Assembly (NCBI GenBank): GCA_964396965.1
Contig: CAYNGD010000003.1
Coordinates: 106 to 64,105 of the forward strand
DNA length: 64,000 nt
Source of the DNA: an uncultured Dehalococcoidales bacterium
Lineage (GTDB): Bacteria; Chloroflexota; Dehalococcoidia; Dehalococcoidales; BS750m-G39
Reading direction: 5' to 3'
How positions within the stretch are numbered: position 1 is the stretch's first letter; each line of letters starts with the position of its first letter. The position numbers were made by a program, and so were the translations under genes. Below are positions 54,796 through 64,000 of the stretch, piece by piece. The notes beneath the pieces are model-generated. The model worked only from the letters and a program-made list of their open reading frames with translations, did no database searches and was not told the origin of the DNA.

Positions 54796-55338
54796 GTGCA
54801 AGACGAGGAGAGCCTGGTACGCCGGGCGCAGCAGAATGACCAGGAAGCTTTCGCTCAGCTGTACGAGGAGTATTTCGACAGGATTTATCGCTATATAACC
54901 CTCAAGATAGGGGATGCGGTGGAGGCAGAAGACTTGACTCAGCAGGTCTTTCTAAATTCGCTGCGGTCCATCTCTTCCTTCAGGTGGAAGGGGAGGCCCT
55001 TCTCCGCCTGGCTCTACCGTATTGCCCACAACCAGGTGGTTGACCATTTGAGGAAGAAAAGGAGGAGCGACCTACCGCTGGAGGAGACGCTGACCGACGG
55101 TGGCGAAGACCCCCAGCTGCACGCCGAGCGCCGGCTGGATATCGAGCGGGTGCTGGCGGCGGCCCAGAGGCTGACCGAGGCCCAGCGCGAGGTGATCTCC
55201 CTCCGTTTTACCAGTCAGCTTTCCGTCGCCCAGGTGGCCGAGATTATGGGAAAAAGCCAGGGGGCGGTAAAGGCGCTGCAGCACAGCGGCATCGTCGCCC
55301 TGCGCCGGGCGCTGATGGTGACCGAGAATGAAGAATAA
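54796..55338 (+). CDS. ECF RNA polymerase sigma factor
   Basis: AEDLTQQVF, FSAWLYRIAHN, region 4 QVAEIMGKSQGAVK. Confidence 0.92.
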   Translation: MQDEESLVRRAQQNDQEAFAQLYEEYFDRIYRYITLKIGDAVEAEDLTQQVFLNSLRSISSFRWKGRPFSAWLYRIAHNQVVDHLRKKRRSDLPLEETLTDGGEDPQLHAERRLDIERVLAAAQRLTEAQREVISLRFTSQLSVAQVAEIMGKSQGAVKALQHSGIVALRRALMVTENEE

Positions 55339-56200
55339 AGAGTTTGATAATATCTTAAACGATTGTCTGGAGCGGCTGCTGATAAAAGGCGAGAGCCTGG
55401 AGCAGTGCCTGGAACATTATCCTGAGCAGGCCGCCGAGCTAAAGCCCCTGCTGGAGACAGCTCTGGCGGCCAGGGAGGCGGCGGACATAAAGCCCCGCCC
55501 CGATTTCAGGGCCAGGGCCAGCTACCAGTTCCGCTCGGCGCTTAAAGAGAGGACGGCTGGCCGGGAACGCCCCTCCTGGGGCTGGTTCCCGCGCTGGGCG
55601 ATGGTGGTGGCGGTGGTTCTGGTGCTGGTGTTGGCCTGTGGAAGCACGGTGTTCGCCGCCAGCAGCAGCATGCCCGATAGCCCTCTATATCCGGTAAAAC
55701 TGGCCACCGAGCAGGTACAGTTTAGCCTAACTTTTTCGCAGATGGGCAAGGCCAGGCTCTGTGCCGAGCTGGCTGACAAACGGGTGGCCGAGATAGCCTA
55801 CATGGCGGATAAGGGCGACACCGGGCAGGTGGAGCTGACCACCCAGCGCCTCGATGACAGGCTGGCGTTACTGGTGGTTCTGGTTGGGGGTAGTGAAGGG
55901 GCTAGCGGAGTACTTATGGCACCGTCGCCGGCGGCAACCGCCCCGCCGCCAACAGCAGCACCAAAGCCGCCGGTAGTGGCGCCTCCGGCGGAGAAGGGGT
56001 GGGGAGGCAACGAAAATGCCCAGGATACTAGTCAGGTCCAGCTGAGGGATAGGCTGGCCTATGACGCCGCTCATAACCAGGCGGTGCTGGACGCGGCGCT
56101 GGACAAAGCACCGGAGCAGGCCAAGCCAGCCCTGCGCCGGGCGATTATGGTATCAGAAGACGGCTATGCTGAAGCCCTTGTGGCCCTGGAGCAGTCGTAG
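55328..56200 (+). CDS. Putative anti-sigma factor (DUF5667 domain)
   Basis: N-terminal CLE..YP..A.ELKPLL, TM, SMPDSPLYPVKLATE; overlaps sigma gene. Confidence 0.75.
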   Translation: MKNKEFDNILNDCLERLLIKGESLEQCLEHYPEQAAELKPLLETALAAREAADIKPRPDFRARASYQFRSALKERTAGRERPSWGWFPRWAMVVAVVLVLVLACGSTVFAASSSMPDSPLYPVKLATEQVQFSLTFSQMGKARLCAELADKRVAEIAYMADKGDTGQVELTTQRLDDRLALLVVLVGGSEGASGVLMAPSPAATAPPPTAAPKPPVVAPPAEKGWGGNENAQDTSQVQLRDRLAYDAAHNQAVLDAALDKAPEQAKPALRRAIMVSEDGYAEALVALEQS

Positions 56201-56290
56201 CCTTTTTGAATTTCCCTTAAGTCGCCGCTAACCATCCGGCAGCTTTTTCGTTATATATAGTCGGGATAAGCAATTTTGAGGAGGTAATCT

Positions 56291-57040
56291 ATGAAAAAGT
56301 ACTGGTTGGCGGCGATTGGTCTGGTACTTTTGCTGGCGGTGGTCGGTTTCAGCGGTTGCGGCAGCAGCCCGACCACCATCGGCACGGTGGGCGTAAACAG
56401 CCAGCAGACCGGAATCTGGGTCAGCGGTGAGGGCAAGGTCAGCGTCACCCCGGATATCGTCACGCTTTCGCTGGGCATCCAGGCCCAGGCGGCCACGGTG
56501 GCCGAGGCCCAATCTCAGGCGGCTACGGCCATGAGTGCGGTGATGACGGCACTGACCGATAACGGTGTGGCTGATAAGGATATCCAGACCCAGCATTTCA
56601 GCATTAACCAGGTGACCAGGTGGGATAATACCAAAAACGAAGAGATTGTCATCGGCTACCAGGTGACTAACATGGTCACCGCCAAGATAAGGAATGTGGA
56701 GAACGCCGGTCCCATTATTGATGCCGTGGCCACCGCCGGCGGCGACTACACCCGCATCAATAACATCAGCTTCTCGGTGGATGACCCCACCCCCTACTAT
56801 GAGCAGGCGCGCCAGAAGGCGATGGCTGACGCCACGGCCAAGGCCGAGCAGCTGGCCGAGCTGGCCGGGGTTACACTGGGCAAGCCGACCTATATCTCCG
56901 AAGGCAGCGTAACCCCCCCGGTTATCTATCGGGACACCGGGGTGGCAGCCGTACCGGCACCAACACCCACCACGCCAGTCAGCGTGGGAGAGATAGAGCT
57001 CACCCTTGACGTCCAGGTGGCCTACGCCATCACCGGCTGA
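56291..57040 (+). CDS. SIMPL (DUF541) domain protein, probable lipoprotein
   Basis: FSGC, VSGEGKVSVTPD, RQKAMADATAKA, LGKPTYISE. Confidence 0.88.
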   Translation: MKKYWLAAIGLVLLLAVVGFSGCGSSPTTIGTVGVNSQQTGIWVSGEGKVSVTPDIVTLSLGIQAQAATVAEAQSQAATAMSAVMTALTDNGVADKDIQTQHFSINQVTRWDNTKNEEIVIGYQVTNMVTAKIRNVENAGPIIDAVATAGGDYTRINNISFSVDDPTPYYEQARQKAMADATAKAEQLAELAGVTLGKPTYISEGSVTPPVIYRDTGVAAVPAPTPTTPVSVGEIELTLDVQVAYAITG

Positions 57041-57062
57041 TTGCTGTCCTGAGCTGGTATCA

Positions 57063-57089
57063 AAGGGGGGTCTTTTAGAGGCCCCCCTT
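57063..57089. terminator. Hairpin between convergent SIMPL and queH genes, possible terminator
   Basis: AAGGGGGGTC-TTTTAGA-GGCCCCCCTT followed by ATTTT; right arm touches the queH stop codon. Confidence 0.55.
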
Positions 57090-57630
57090 ATTTTATGGTG
57101 AAGTTGGCGTAGCGCTCCCACTCGCTGTAAACGCAGCCGCAGTACTGCTGGCGGTAGAGCTCCAGGGGCTTGGTGATATGGCGGCTGTCCGAGTAGCGCT
57201 TGCGCAGGTCGGCGTAGAGGAAGTCAACCCCGCTTTCTCTGGCTATTTCTTCGCTGACCTCTCTAATCAGCTCGTGCTTCTGCTGGGGGCTGATGAGCAG
57301 GCTGGTGGTGAAGGCGTCAAAGCCCTTCTCTCCGGCGATTTCGGCCGTCTTGGAAAGCCTCAGCCTAAAGCAATACTGGCAGCGCTCGGCCTCATGCCCC
57401 ACCACCCCCCGGAAGTAGTCAATGATGTCGTAGACGCTGGTCATTATCAGCGGCAGGCCCATCTTTTCGGCCAGGGACTGCATTGCCTCAAGGCGGTGCA
57501 GGTGCTCGGTGTAGGGGTGGATGTTGGGGTTGTACCAGAGGGCGCTGACGTCATATCCCTGCCCCCGCCAGTATTCGAGGGTGTAGGCGGCGCAGTGGGC
57601 ACAGCAGCAGTGGACGAGGAGTTTTTTCAT
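57088..57630 (-). CDS. queH: Epoxyqueuosine reductase QueH
   Basis: HCCCAHC, YNPNIHP, RCQYCFRLRL, YRQQYCGC. Confidence 0.93.
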   Translation of the reverse strand: MKKLLVHCCCAHCAAYTLEYWRGQGYDVSALWYNPNIHPYTEHLHRLEAMQSLAEKMGLPLIMTSVYDIIDYFRGVVGHEAERCQYCFRLRLSKTAEIAGEKGFDAFTTSLLISPQQKHELIREVSEEIARESGVDFLYADLRKRYSDSRHITKPLELYRQQYCGCVYSEWERYANFTIK

Positions 57631-57632
57631 TT

Positions 57633-57842
57633 CTATTCCTCCTGGTACTCAAAAACCTCTTCTAGGGATACCCCGAAGGCCCGGGCAATCCTGAAGGCCA
57701 GCTCAATGGACGGCACATACTTGCCCTGCTCCAGGGCGATGATGGTCTGGCGCGTGCAGCCGGCGCGCTGGGCCAGCTCCTCCTGGGTCATCTCGCCGTG
57801 GTCGAAGCGCAGCCGGCGTATCTGGTTGTTTATCCTAGCCAT
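57633..57842 (-). CDS. XRE-family HTH regulator
   Basis: [26 protein letters not shown]. Confidence 0.9.
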   Translation of the reverse strand: MARINNQIRRLRFDHGEMTQEELAQRAGCTRQTIIALEQGKYVPSIELAFRIARAFGVSLEEVFEYQEE

Positions 57843-58272
57843 ACCTGTTGGCTCTCCAGTAGCCGATAGCTATGCCCAGGCACTGCGCCAGCGTGCTGAC
57901 AATCAGGATGGACATGAATATTACGTAGAGATAGACGGCGGGTATGAGGCCGGTGTCCTGGTAGACCTCGTTGAGGGCGATGACCCAGGCCACCAGCGTG
58001 AAGATGACCGCCAGCCACTGGATGCGGGGCGCCCGTTCTACTATTCGGATGTCTCTTTCATCGACAATCTTTGGGTTACGTAACGGGATGTTGACGATGA
58101 CGCCATTGACGATGAGCGCCCCGATAAGTAGGGCGTCTATGATTAACCTGAAGGTCTGGTCGGCATCGAAGGTCCGGATGCCCCCCATCAGGACGAAGAC
58201 CAGCACGAAGGCGATAGCGAAAGCCAGCCCCACCCCCAGACCCCACCAGGCCCTTTTCTGCAACGGTGCCAT
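57835..58272 (-). CDS. Membrane protein (DUF2178-like) paired with XRE regulator
   Basis: Four TMs, IVDERD motif; SD GGAGG before ATG 58272. Confidence 0.7.
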   Translation of the reverse strand: MAPLQKRAWWGLGVGLAFAIAFVLVFVLMGGIRTFDADQTFRLIIDALLIGALIVNGVIVNIPLRNPKIVDERDIRIVERAPRIQWLAVIFTLVAWVIALNEVYQDTGLIPAVYLYVIFMSILIVSTLAQCLGIAIGYWRANRYG

Positions 58273-58387
58273 ATTTCCTCCCTTCTCAGGTAATCTATAC
58301 AATACATATTGTAATGTATAAAATACTAAATGTCAAATATTTTTTACATCAGTTTGCAGAAACTCTCCCCCTTTCTAAATAGTGTTT

Positions 58388-58715
58388 AGCTTCCCATACC
58401 CGCCCGCCCAAAAAGGCTCCGCCTCTTTACCATCTCTTTACCCCCGCCCCCCAGAGGAGAGAAATTAACTTCCCTTTTCACTTAGAAAGGAGGGATTGAT
58501 GCCCCTTATTCCCCCACCCACTAACGAAAAATAGACTCCCAGACCTCGTAAAGCGGGGAATTGAGGGCGCTAACTCCTGTTGGGTGGGTTGGGGTGGTAA
58601 AAAGAACAACTGTTAAAGATGGGTGAGGGGGAATAAGAGAATTTTAGAGGCGAAGCCTTTGAGGTGGGTCAGGGTGGGAAGAAAAACGACTTAAGAATGG
58701 GTGGGTGGTTGGGGG
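58388..58715. repeat. Inverted-repeat element E8 (downstream of ruvB)
   Basis: CCCATACCCGCCCGCCC 58393-58409; G-tracts at 58582-58597, 58663-58678 and 58699-58715; AGAGGCGAAGCCTTTGA; GAGAAATTA. Confidence 0.85.
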
Positions 58716-58716
58716 A

Positions 58717-59751
58717 CTAAAGCAAAGTTCCCTGCGGGGTTCTTTTATTGTAGGGCAGGTCAAGGTGCTTGTAGGCCAGCTCGGTGGCTAGCCTTCCCCG
58801 CGGCGTCCGCTCCAGAAAGCCGAGCTGGAGCAGGTAGGGCTCATAGACGTCCATGATGGTGTCGGCCTCCTCGCTGATTGAGGCGGCGATGGTATCCAGC
58901 CCCACCGGCCCCCCGTTGAACTTCTCAATGATGGTGCGCAGCAGCTTGTGGTCTATCTCGTCCAGGCCGATTTTGTCCACCTCTAGTTTGGACAGCGCTT
59001 CGATGGCCACCTCTTTAGTGGCCACGCCGTCGGCAATCACCTGGGCGTAGTCACGCACCCGCTTTAAGAGCCGGTTGGCCACGCGGGGGGTACCCCGGGC
59101 GCGGCGGGCTATCTCCTTGAGTCCCTCCTTTTCCGCCTTCACTTGGAGGATTTTGGCCGAGCGCTGGAGTATCTTCTCTACCGCCTCCTGGTCGTAGAAG
59201 TCGAGGCGGTAGACCGCCCCGAACCTGTCCCTCAGGGGCGGGGAGAGCAGGGCGAAGCGGGTGGTGGCGCCGATGAGGGTGAAGGGGGGCAGGTTCAGCC
59301 GCAGGCTGCGGGCGCCGGGCCCTTTGCCGATAACGATGTCCAGGGCGAAGTCCTCCATAGCCGGGTATAAGACCTCTTCCACCGCCCGGTTGAGGCGGTG
59401 GATTTCGTCGATGAAGAGGATATCGTGGCGGCGCAGGTTGGTCAGGATGGCGGCCAGGTCTCCGGTGCGCTCCACCGCCGGGCCGGAGGTAATCCTGATG
59501 TTGACCCCCATCTCGGCGGCGATGATGTAGGCCAGGGTGGTCTTGCCCAGCCCCGGCGGGCCGTAGAGCAGGACGTGGTCGAGCGCCTCCTCCCTGCCTC
59601 TGGCGGCGGCGATGGCAATCCTGATGTTGTCCTTGATTTTGTCCTGCCCGATGAAGTCGTCAAAGCGCCGGGGGCGGAGGCTGGTGTCCAGGGTGACGTC
59701 CTCGGTAGCGGGCTTGCCGGAGATGATGCGCTCTGTTTTGCTCTCTCCCAT
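58717..59751 (-). CDS. ruvB: Holliday junction branch migration helicase RuvB
   Basis: [38 protein letters not shown]. Confidence 0.97.
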   Translation of the reverse strand: MGESKTERIISGKPATEDVTLDTSLRPRRFDDFIGQDKIKDNIRIAIAAARGREEALDHVLLYGPPGLGKTTLAYIIAAEMGVNIRITSGPAVERTGDLAAILTNLRRHDILFIDEIHRLNRAVEEVLYPAMEDFALDIVIGKGPGARSLRLNLPPFTLIGATTRFALLSPPLRDRFGAVYRLDFYDQEAVEKILQRSAKILQVKAEKEGLKEIARRARGTPRVANRLLKRVRDYAQVIADGVATKEVAIEALSKLEVDKIGLDEIDHKLLRTIIEKFNGGPVGLDTIAASISEEADTIMDVYEPYLLQLGFLERTPRGRLATELAYKHLDLPYNKRTPQGTLL

Positions 59752-59793
59752 AATTTAGTCTATTATAGCACATCACCGCCGGATAAAAGAGAA

Positions 59794-59822
59794 AGCCGCC
59801 CTCTTTTTTATCAGGGGCGGCT
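59794..59822 (-). terminator. Rho-independent terminator after rpoC
   Basis: AGCCGCCCCT...AGGGCGGCT stem followed by TTCTCTTTT on the minus strand. Confidence 0.7.
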
Positions 59823-59846
59823 CTTATAGGTCTATATCGCCGGGTT

Positions 59847-62800
59847 CTAGTCTTCGCTCTCCTCTTGCTCCTCTGGCTCAACTGTGTCCAGTGGTCCCTC
59901 GGTGGTCATTCCCTGCATCTCCTCGGCGGTCAGTTTCAGCGTCTCGTCGGGCATCTCAAGGGGGGCAAAGCCCAGCCTCTCCCTGGCCCGGGGCATCTCC
60001 CCGGTTACCCAGCTCGGCATCTCCTCAGCTTCCTCAACCAGCGGGGGTGGCTCCTCGGGGAGGGGGTAGCGGGCGGGGATAAGCTTGCCGATAATCACGT
60101 TCTCCTTGAGCCCTACCAGCCGGTCAATCTCGCCCCTGACGGCGGCCTCGGTGAGCACCCGGGTGGTCTCCTGGAATGAGGCCGCTGCCAGCCAGCTATC
60201 GGTGTTCAGCGAGGCCCTGGTTATGCCCATCAATACCGCATGGGCGGTGGCTGGCTCGCCGCCTTCGGCCAGAACCTTGGCGTTGATATCCTCGTAACGG
60301 AAGATGTCAATCAGCTCGCCGGGGACTAAATCGGTGTCGCCCGATGAGTCGATGCGTACTTTAGAGAGCATCCGGTGGACGATGACCTCGATGTGCTTGT
60401 CGTTGATGGTCACCCCCTGGGAACGATAGACCTTCTGCACCTCGTTCACCAGGTACTGCTGGGTGGCCTCCTTGCCCAGGATGCGCAGGATGTCCTGCGG
60501 GTTGATTGAGCCCTCGGTGAGCTGCTGGCCCGCCTTCACCTTTTCCCCGCTCTGGACGCGGATGTGGGCACTGGCGGGGATGGTGTACTCCTGCTGCTCC
60601 TCCTCCATATAGCTGATGAAGAGCTTGTTGTCCTCGGTGACCACCTCACCCGCCACCGATGCGGTGATTGGCTTGGCCTCGGTGGCCAGGGCCACCGCCT
60701 CCCCGGCATCTTTAGCCGGAGCCGGCGGGCTGGCCAGTTCAGCGCCGATATCCACCCACTGGCCGTTTTTGACCATAAGCTGCCAGCCCTCGGGCACGGG
60801 GTATTCATCGCGGTAAATCTCGGCGCTGGTGATTCTGATTAATTTGCCCTCGTCGCTCTCGATGACCTCGGCGGTGCCGTCTATCTCCGAGATAACGGCC
60901 TGCCCCTTGGGCGGTCTGGCCTCGAAAAGCTCCTCCACTCTGGGCAGACCGCTGGTGATGTCAAGGCCGACCACGCCGCCGGTGTGGAAAGTGCGCAGGG
61001 TGAGCTGGGTGCCCGGCTCGCCGATGCTCTGGGCGGCGATGATGCCGACGGCGGTATCGGGGTCAATCAGGTGCCTCCTGGCCAGGTCGCGCCCGTAGCA
61101 GCGCTGGCAGGCGCCGTGACGGGAGCGGCAGCTCAGGGGCGAGCGGACATAGACCTTGGTTATGCCGGCGGCGATAATCTCGTTGGCCTTCTGCTCGTCA
61201 ATCTCCTCGTTGCGGTCAACGATGACCTTCTTGGTCTTGGGCTTGACTATTTTGGCCGCCGCCAGCCGGCCGATGATGCGCTCGGCAAGCGACGGTAACA
61301 GTTCTTTTTCCAGCGGCTCGGATATCCAGACGCCCTCGGTGGTGCCGCAGTCCTCTTCGCGGGTGATGACGTCCTGGGCAACATCAATGAGGCGGCGGGT
61401 AAGATAGCCCGAGTCAGAAGTCCGCAGCGCCGTGTCGGCCAGCCCTTTACGAGCGCCGTGGGTAGAGATAAAATACTCCAGCACGCTCAGGCCCTCGCGC
61501 AGCCCGCTCTTTATGGGGAAGTCAATGATTTTGCCGGCGGGGTCGGTCATCAGCCCCCGCATACCGGCCATCTGCCTTATCTGGGAGATGTTGCCCTTGG
61601 CCCCCGATGTTGCCATCATGTAGACGCCGCCGTAGCGGTCCAGGGTCTGGGAGATGATGTCGGTGATGCGGTCGGTGGTCTCCATCCAGATGCTGATGGT
61701 GTTGTTGTACTTTTCGTCCTCGGTAATCAGGCCCTTGTTGTACTGGCTTTCGATAATGGAGACCCTCTCGCTGGCCTCCTCCAGCAGCTTGGGCTTGCTC
61801 GGCGGGACCTGGATATCGCCCATAGCGATGGTCGTCCCCGATTTGGTGGCGTAGGTAAAGCCCAGATGCTTGATGGCATCCACCACCCTGGAGGTGTCTT
61901 CGGCGCTCAAGAGCTTATAGCAGTCGGTCACTATCTGCTTTAATATTCCTTTGTCTATTGACTCGTTATAGAAGCCGAGCTCGGCGGGCAGGACATCGTT
62001 GAAGATAATGCGCCCCACGCTGGTCTTGAGCCTCTGGCCGTCTTCCTGCTGCTTCCTGACCTCAATCTCAGCCCTGAGGTCAACGCGCCCCAGCTCGTAG
62101 GCCAGCTTGGCCTCTTCAAAGCTGCCGAAGATTGTCCCCTCGCCCCGAGCGCCGGGGATGACGCTGGTCAGATAGTAGCAGCCCAGCACCATGTCCAGGG
62201 TGGGGGTCACTATCGGCTCGCCGGAGCTGGGCAGCAGCATGTTCTGGCTGCTCAGCATAATCTTCCTGGCTTCGGCGACGGCGGCCCGTGATAGTGGGAC
62301 GTGAATGGCCATCTGGTCGCCATCGAAATCGGCGTTGAAGGCGGAGCAGACCAGGGGGTGTATCTGGATGGCGCTGCCGTCGATGAGCACCGGCTCGAAG
62401 GCCTGTATGCTTAAGCGGTGCAGGGTGGGGGCGCGGTTGAGCAGCACCGGCCTTTCTTTGACCACCTCCTCCAGTATGGCGAAGACCTCGGGCTTGTTCC
62501 TCTCCACCAGGCGGCGGGCGCTCTTGATGTTGTGGGCCAGCCCCTGCTCCACCAGGCGGCGCATGATGAAGGGCTTGAAAAGCTCCACCGCCATCCGCCG
62601 GGGCAGACCGCACTGATAGAGCTTCAGTTCCGGCCCGACCACGATAACCGAGCGTCCGCTGTAGTCAACCCGCTTGCCCAGCAAATTCTGGCGGAAGCGC
62701 CCCTGCTTGCCCCTGAGCATATCGGATAGTGATTTTAATTTATGGTTGCCGCTTATTGAGACGGCCCTTCCCCTCCTCCCGTTGTCAACCAGGGAATCGA

Positions 62801-63875
62801 CCGCTTCCTGTAACATTCTCTTCTCGTTGCGGATGATAATCTCCGGCGCACCTATCTCCAGCAGGTGGCGCAGGCGGTTGTTGCGGTTGATGACCCTCCG
62901 GTAGAGGTCGTTGAGGTCGCTGGTGGCGAACCGGCCACCATCGAGCTGAACCATGGGCCTCAGGTCGGGGGGCAGCACCGGCAGCACGGTGAGTATCATC
63001 CACTCTGGCTTGTTGCCGCTGCGGCGGAAGGCCTCCACCACCTGAAGCTGCTTGGCCGCCCGGCGGCGGCGCTGGCCGGAGGCGGAGCGTGTCTCCTGGA
63101 GCAGCCGGTTGCGGATTTCATCTAAATTAAGGTACTTTAGCAGTTGCAATATAGCCTCGGCGCCCATTCCGGCCTCAAAGACCTGGCCGTACCTCTGTTT
63201 CAATTCGTAGTACTGGTTCTCGGTGAGCAGGGCGAGCTTGCGCAGGTCCTGCAGCAGCTCTATGTCTGAGGCCAGCTTCTCCTGACACCGGGTTTTCTCC
63301 TCGGCGAAGTCTCCCCGCACCTTGTTTACCTCCTCCACCGTCGCCCCGGCCTGCTCCATCTCGCTGACTTGAGCCTCCAGTGCGCTCTCCTTTTCGGCTA
63401 TCTTCTGGGTGCTGGTCTCTTTCAGCTGCTCGATGGCCTGCTGGCGTGCCTCTTCGTCAATTGAGGTGATGATATAGTGGGAGAAGTAGAGGACCCGCTC
63501 CAGACTCCGCGGCGAAAGGTCTAAGAGCAGGCCCATCCGGCTGGGTATCCCCTTGGCGAACCAGATATGGCTCACCGGGCAGGCCAGCTCGATGTGTCCC
63601 ATGCGCTCCCGGCGCACTTTGGCCCGGGCCACCTCGACGCCGCACTTATCGCAGATAATCCCCTTGTAGCGTATCCTTTTGTACTTGCCGCAGTAGCATT
63701 CAAAATCTTTAGTTGGACCAAAGATCCTCTCGCAGAAAAGCCCGTCCCGCTCCGGTTTGAGGGTGCGGTAGTTGATAGTCTCGGGCTTGGTTACCTCTCC
63801 GTAGGACCAGCTTCTTATCTGTTCCGGGGAGGCCAGTGATATACGTATAGCGTCGAAATCGTTAACCTCAAGCAT
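59847..63875 (-). CDS. rpoC: RNA polymerase beta' subunit
   Basis: NADFDGDQM catalytic motif, N-terminal Zn ribbon, [15 protein letters not shown]. Confidence 0.98.
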   Translation of the reverse strand: MLEVNDFDAIRISLASPEQIRSWSYGEVTKPETINYRTLKPERDGLFCERIFGPTKDFECYCGKYKRIRYKGIICDKCGVEVARAKVRRERMGHIELACPVSHIWFAKGIPSRMGLLLDLSPRSLERVLYFSHYIITSIDEEARQQAIEQLKETSTQKIAEKESALEAQVSEMEQAGATVEEVNKVRGDFAEEKTRCQEKLASDIELLQDLRKLALLTENQYYELKQRYGQVFEAGMGAEAILQLLKYLNLDEIRNRLLQETRSASGQRRRRAAKQLQVVEAFRRSGNKPEWMILTVLPVLPPDLRPMVQLDGGRFATSDLNDLYRRVINRNNRLRHLLEIGAPEIIIRNEKRMLQEAVDSLVDNGRRGRAVSISGNHKLKSLSDMLRGKQGRFRQNLLGKRVDYSGRSVIVVGPELKLYQCGLPRRMAVELFKPFIMRRLVEQGLAHNIKSARRLVERNKPEVFAILEEVVKERPVLLNRAPTLHRLSIQAFEPVLIDGSAIQIHPLVCSAFNADFDGDQMAIHVPLSRAAVAEARKIMLSSQNMLLPSSGEPIVTPTLDMVLGCYYLTSVIPGARGEGTIFGSFEEAKLAYELGRVDLRAEIEVRKQQEDGQRLKTSVGRIIFNDVLPAELGFYNESIDKGILKQIVTDCYKLLSAEDTSRVVDAIKHLGFTYATKSGTTIAMGDIQVPPSKPKLLEEASERVSIIESQYNKGLITEDEKYNNTISIWMETTDRITDIISQTLDRYGGVYMMATSGAKGNISQIRQMAGMRGLMTDPAGKIIDFPIKSGLREGLSVLEYFISTHGARKGLADTALRTSDSGYLTRRLIDVAQDVITREEDCGTTEGVWISEPLEKELLPSLAERIIGRLAAAKIVKPKTKKVIVDRNEEIDEQKANEIIAAGITKVYVRSPLSCRSRHGACQRCYGRDLARRHLIDPDTAVGIIAAQSIGEPGTQLTLRTFHTGGVVGLDITSGLPRVEELFEARPPKGQAVISEIDGTAEVIESDEGKLIRITSAEIYRDEYPVPEGWQLMVKNGQWVDIGAELASPPAPAKDAGEAVALATEAKPITASVAGEVVTEDNKLFISYMEEEQQEYTIPASAHIRVQSGEKVKAGQQLTEGSINPQDILRILGKEATQQYLVNEVQKVYRSQGVTINDKHIEVIVHRMLSKVRIDSSGDTDLVPGELIDIFRYEDINAKVLAEGGEPATAHAVLMGITRASLNTDSWLAAASFQETTRVLTEAAVRGEIDRLVGLKENVIIGKLIPARYPLPEEPPPLVEEAEEMPSWVTGEMPRARERLGFAPLEMPDETLKLTAEEMQGMTTEGPLDTVEPEEQEESED

Positions 63876-64000
63876 CTTCTTTTTCTTCCTCTGGTTCGGT
63901 TGAACCCTCTTCTATTTTCTCAACAGCTTCAGCCTCAGCCTTGGGGGCTTCTTTAGTTTCTTCGGCGACCGCTGTCTCGGCCTCAGCCTTGGGGGCTTCT
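63868..64000 (-). CDS. rpoB: 3' end of upstream gene, probably rpoB (partial; acidic repeat tail)
   Basis: Open frame [46 protein letters not shown] overlapping rpoC start; identity inferred from position only. Confidence 0.6.
   Translation of the reverse strand, partial: EAPKAEAETAVAEETKEAPKAEAEAVEKIEEGSTEPEEEKEDA
63932..64000. repeat. 21-bp direct repeat with 48-bp period in coding tail
   Basis: GCCTCAGCCTTGGGGGCTTCT at 63932-63952 and 63980-64000. Confidence 0.8.

Overview
GC-rich bacterial chromosomal window, most likely Dehalococcoidia (Chloroflexota); this is inferred from gene content (Elp3, CetZ-like tubulin, DRG GTPase, rpoC insertions). Most of it is housekeeping: prfA-prmC, etfBA, fusA2, xerD, uvrC, rnpB, ruvB, rpoC and the 3' end of probable rpoB. 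No tRNA, rRNA or CRISPR array was seen. Main observations: (1) A ~10.9-kb metal-uptake island (28463-39346) is integrated in the 3' end of the RNase P RNA gene, bounded by a perfect 27-bp direct repeat. The att core lies inside an integrase-like reading frame: the SD, ATG and first 41 codons are at the left end and the in-frame, decayed continuation is at the right end, so the gene is only rejoined on excision. (2) An orphan terminase small/large pair lies behind a near-consensus LexA box with no portal or capsid genes nearby. (3) At least 8 intergenic inverted-repeat elements end in (CCC)4 and (GGG)4 tracts of G-quadruplex type. (4) Elp3 is divergently paired with a Trm9/ALKBH8-like methyltransferase, a candidate bacterial mcm5U34 pathway. 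(5) A CetZ-like gene is frameshifted in a G9 run. (6) A superoxide reductase / ferritin-like cargo / encapsulin operon opens the window. All protein family calls come from motif recognition by eye; no searches were run.
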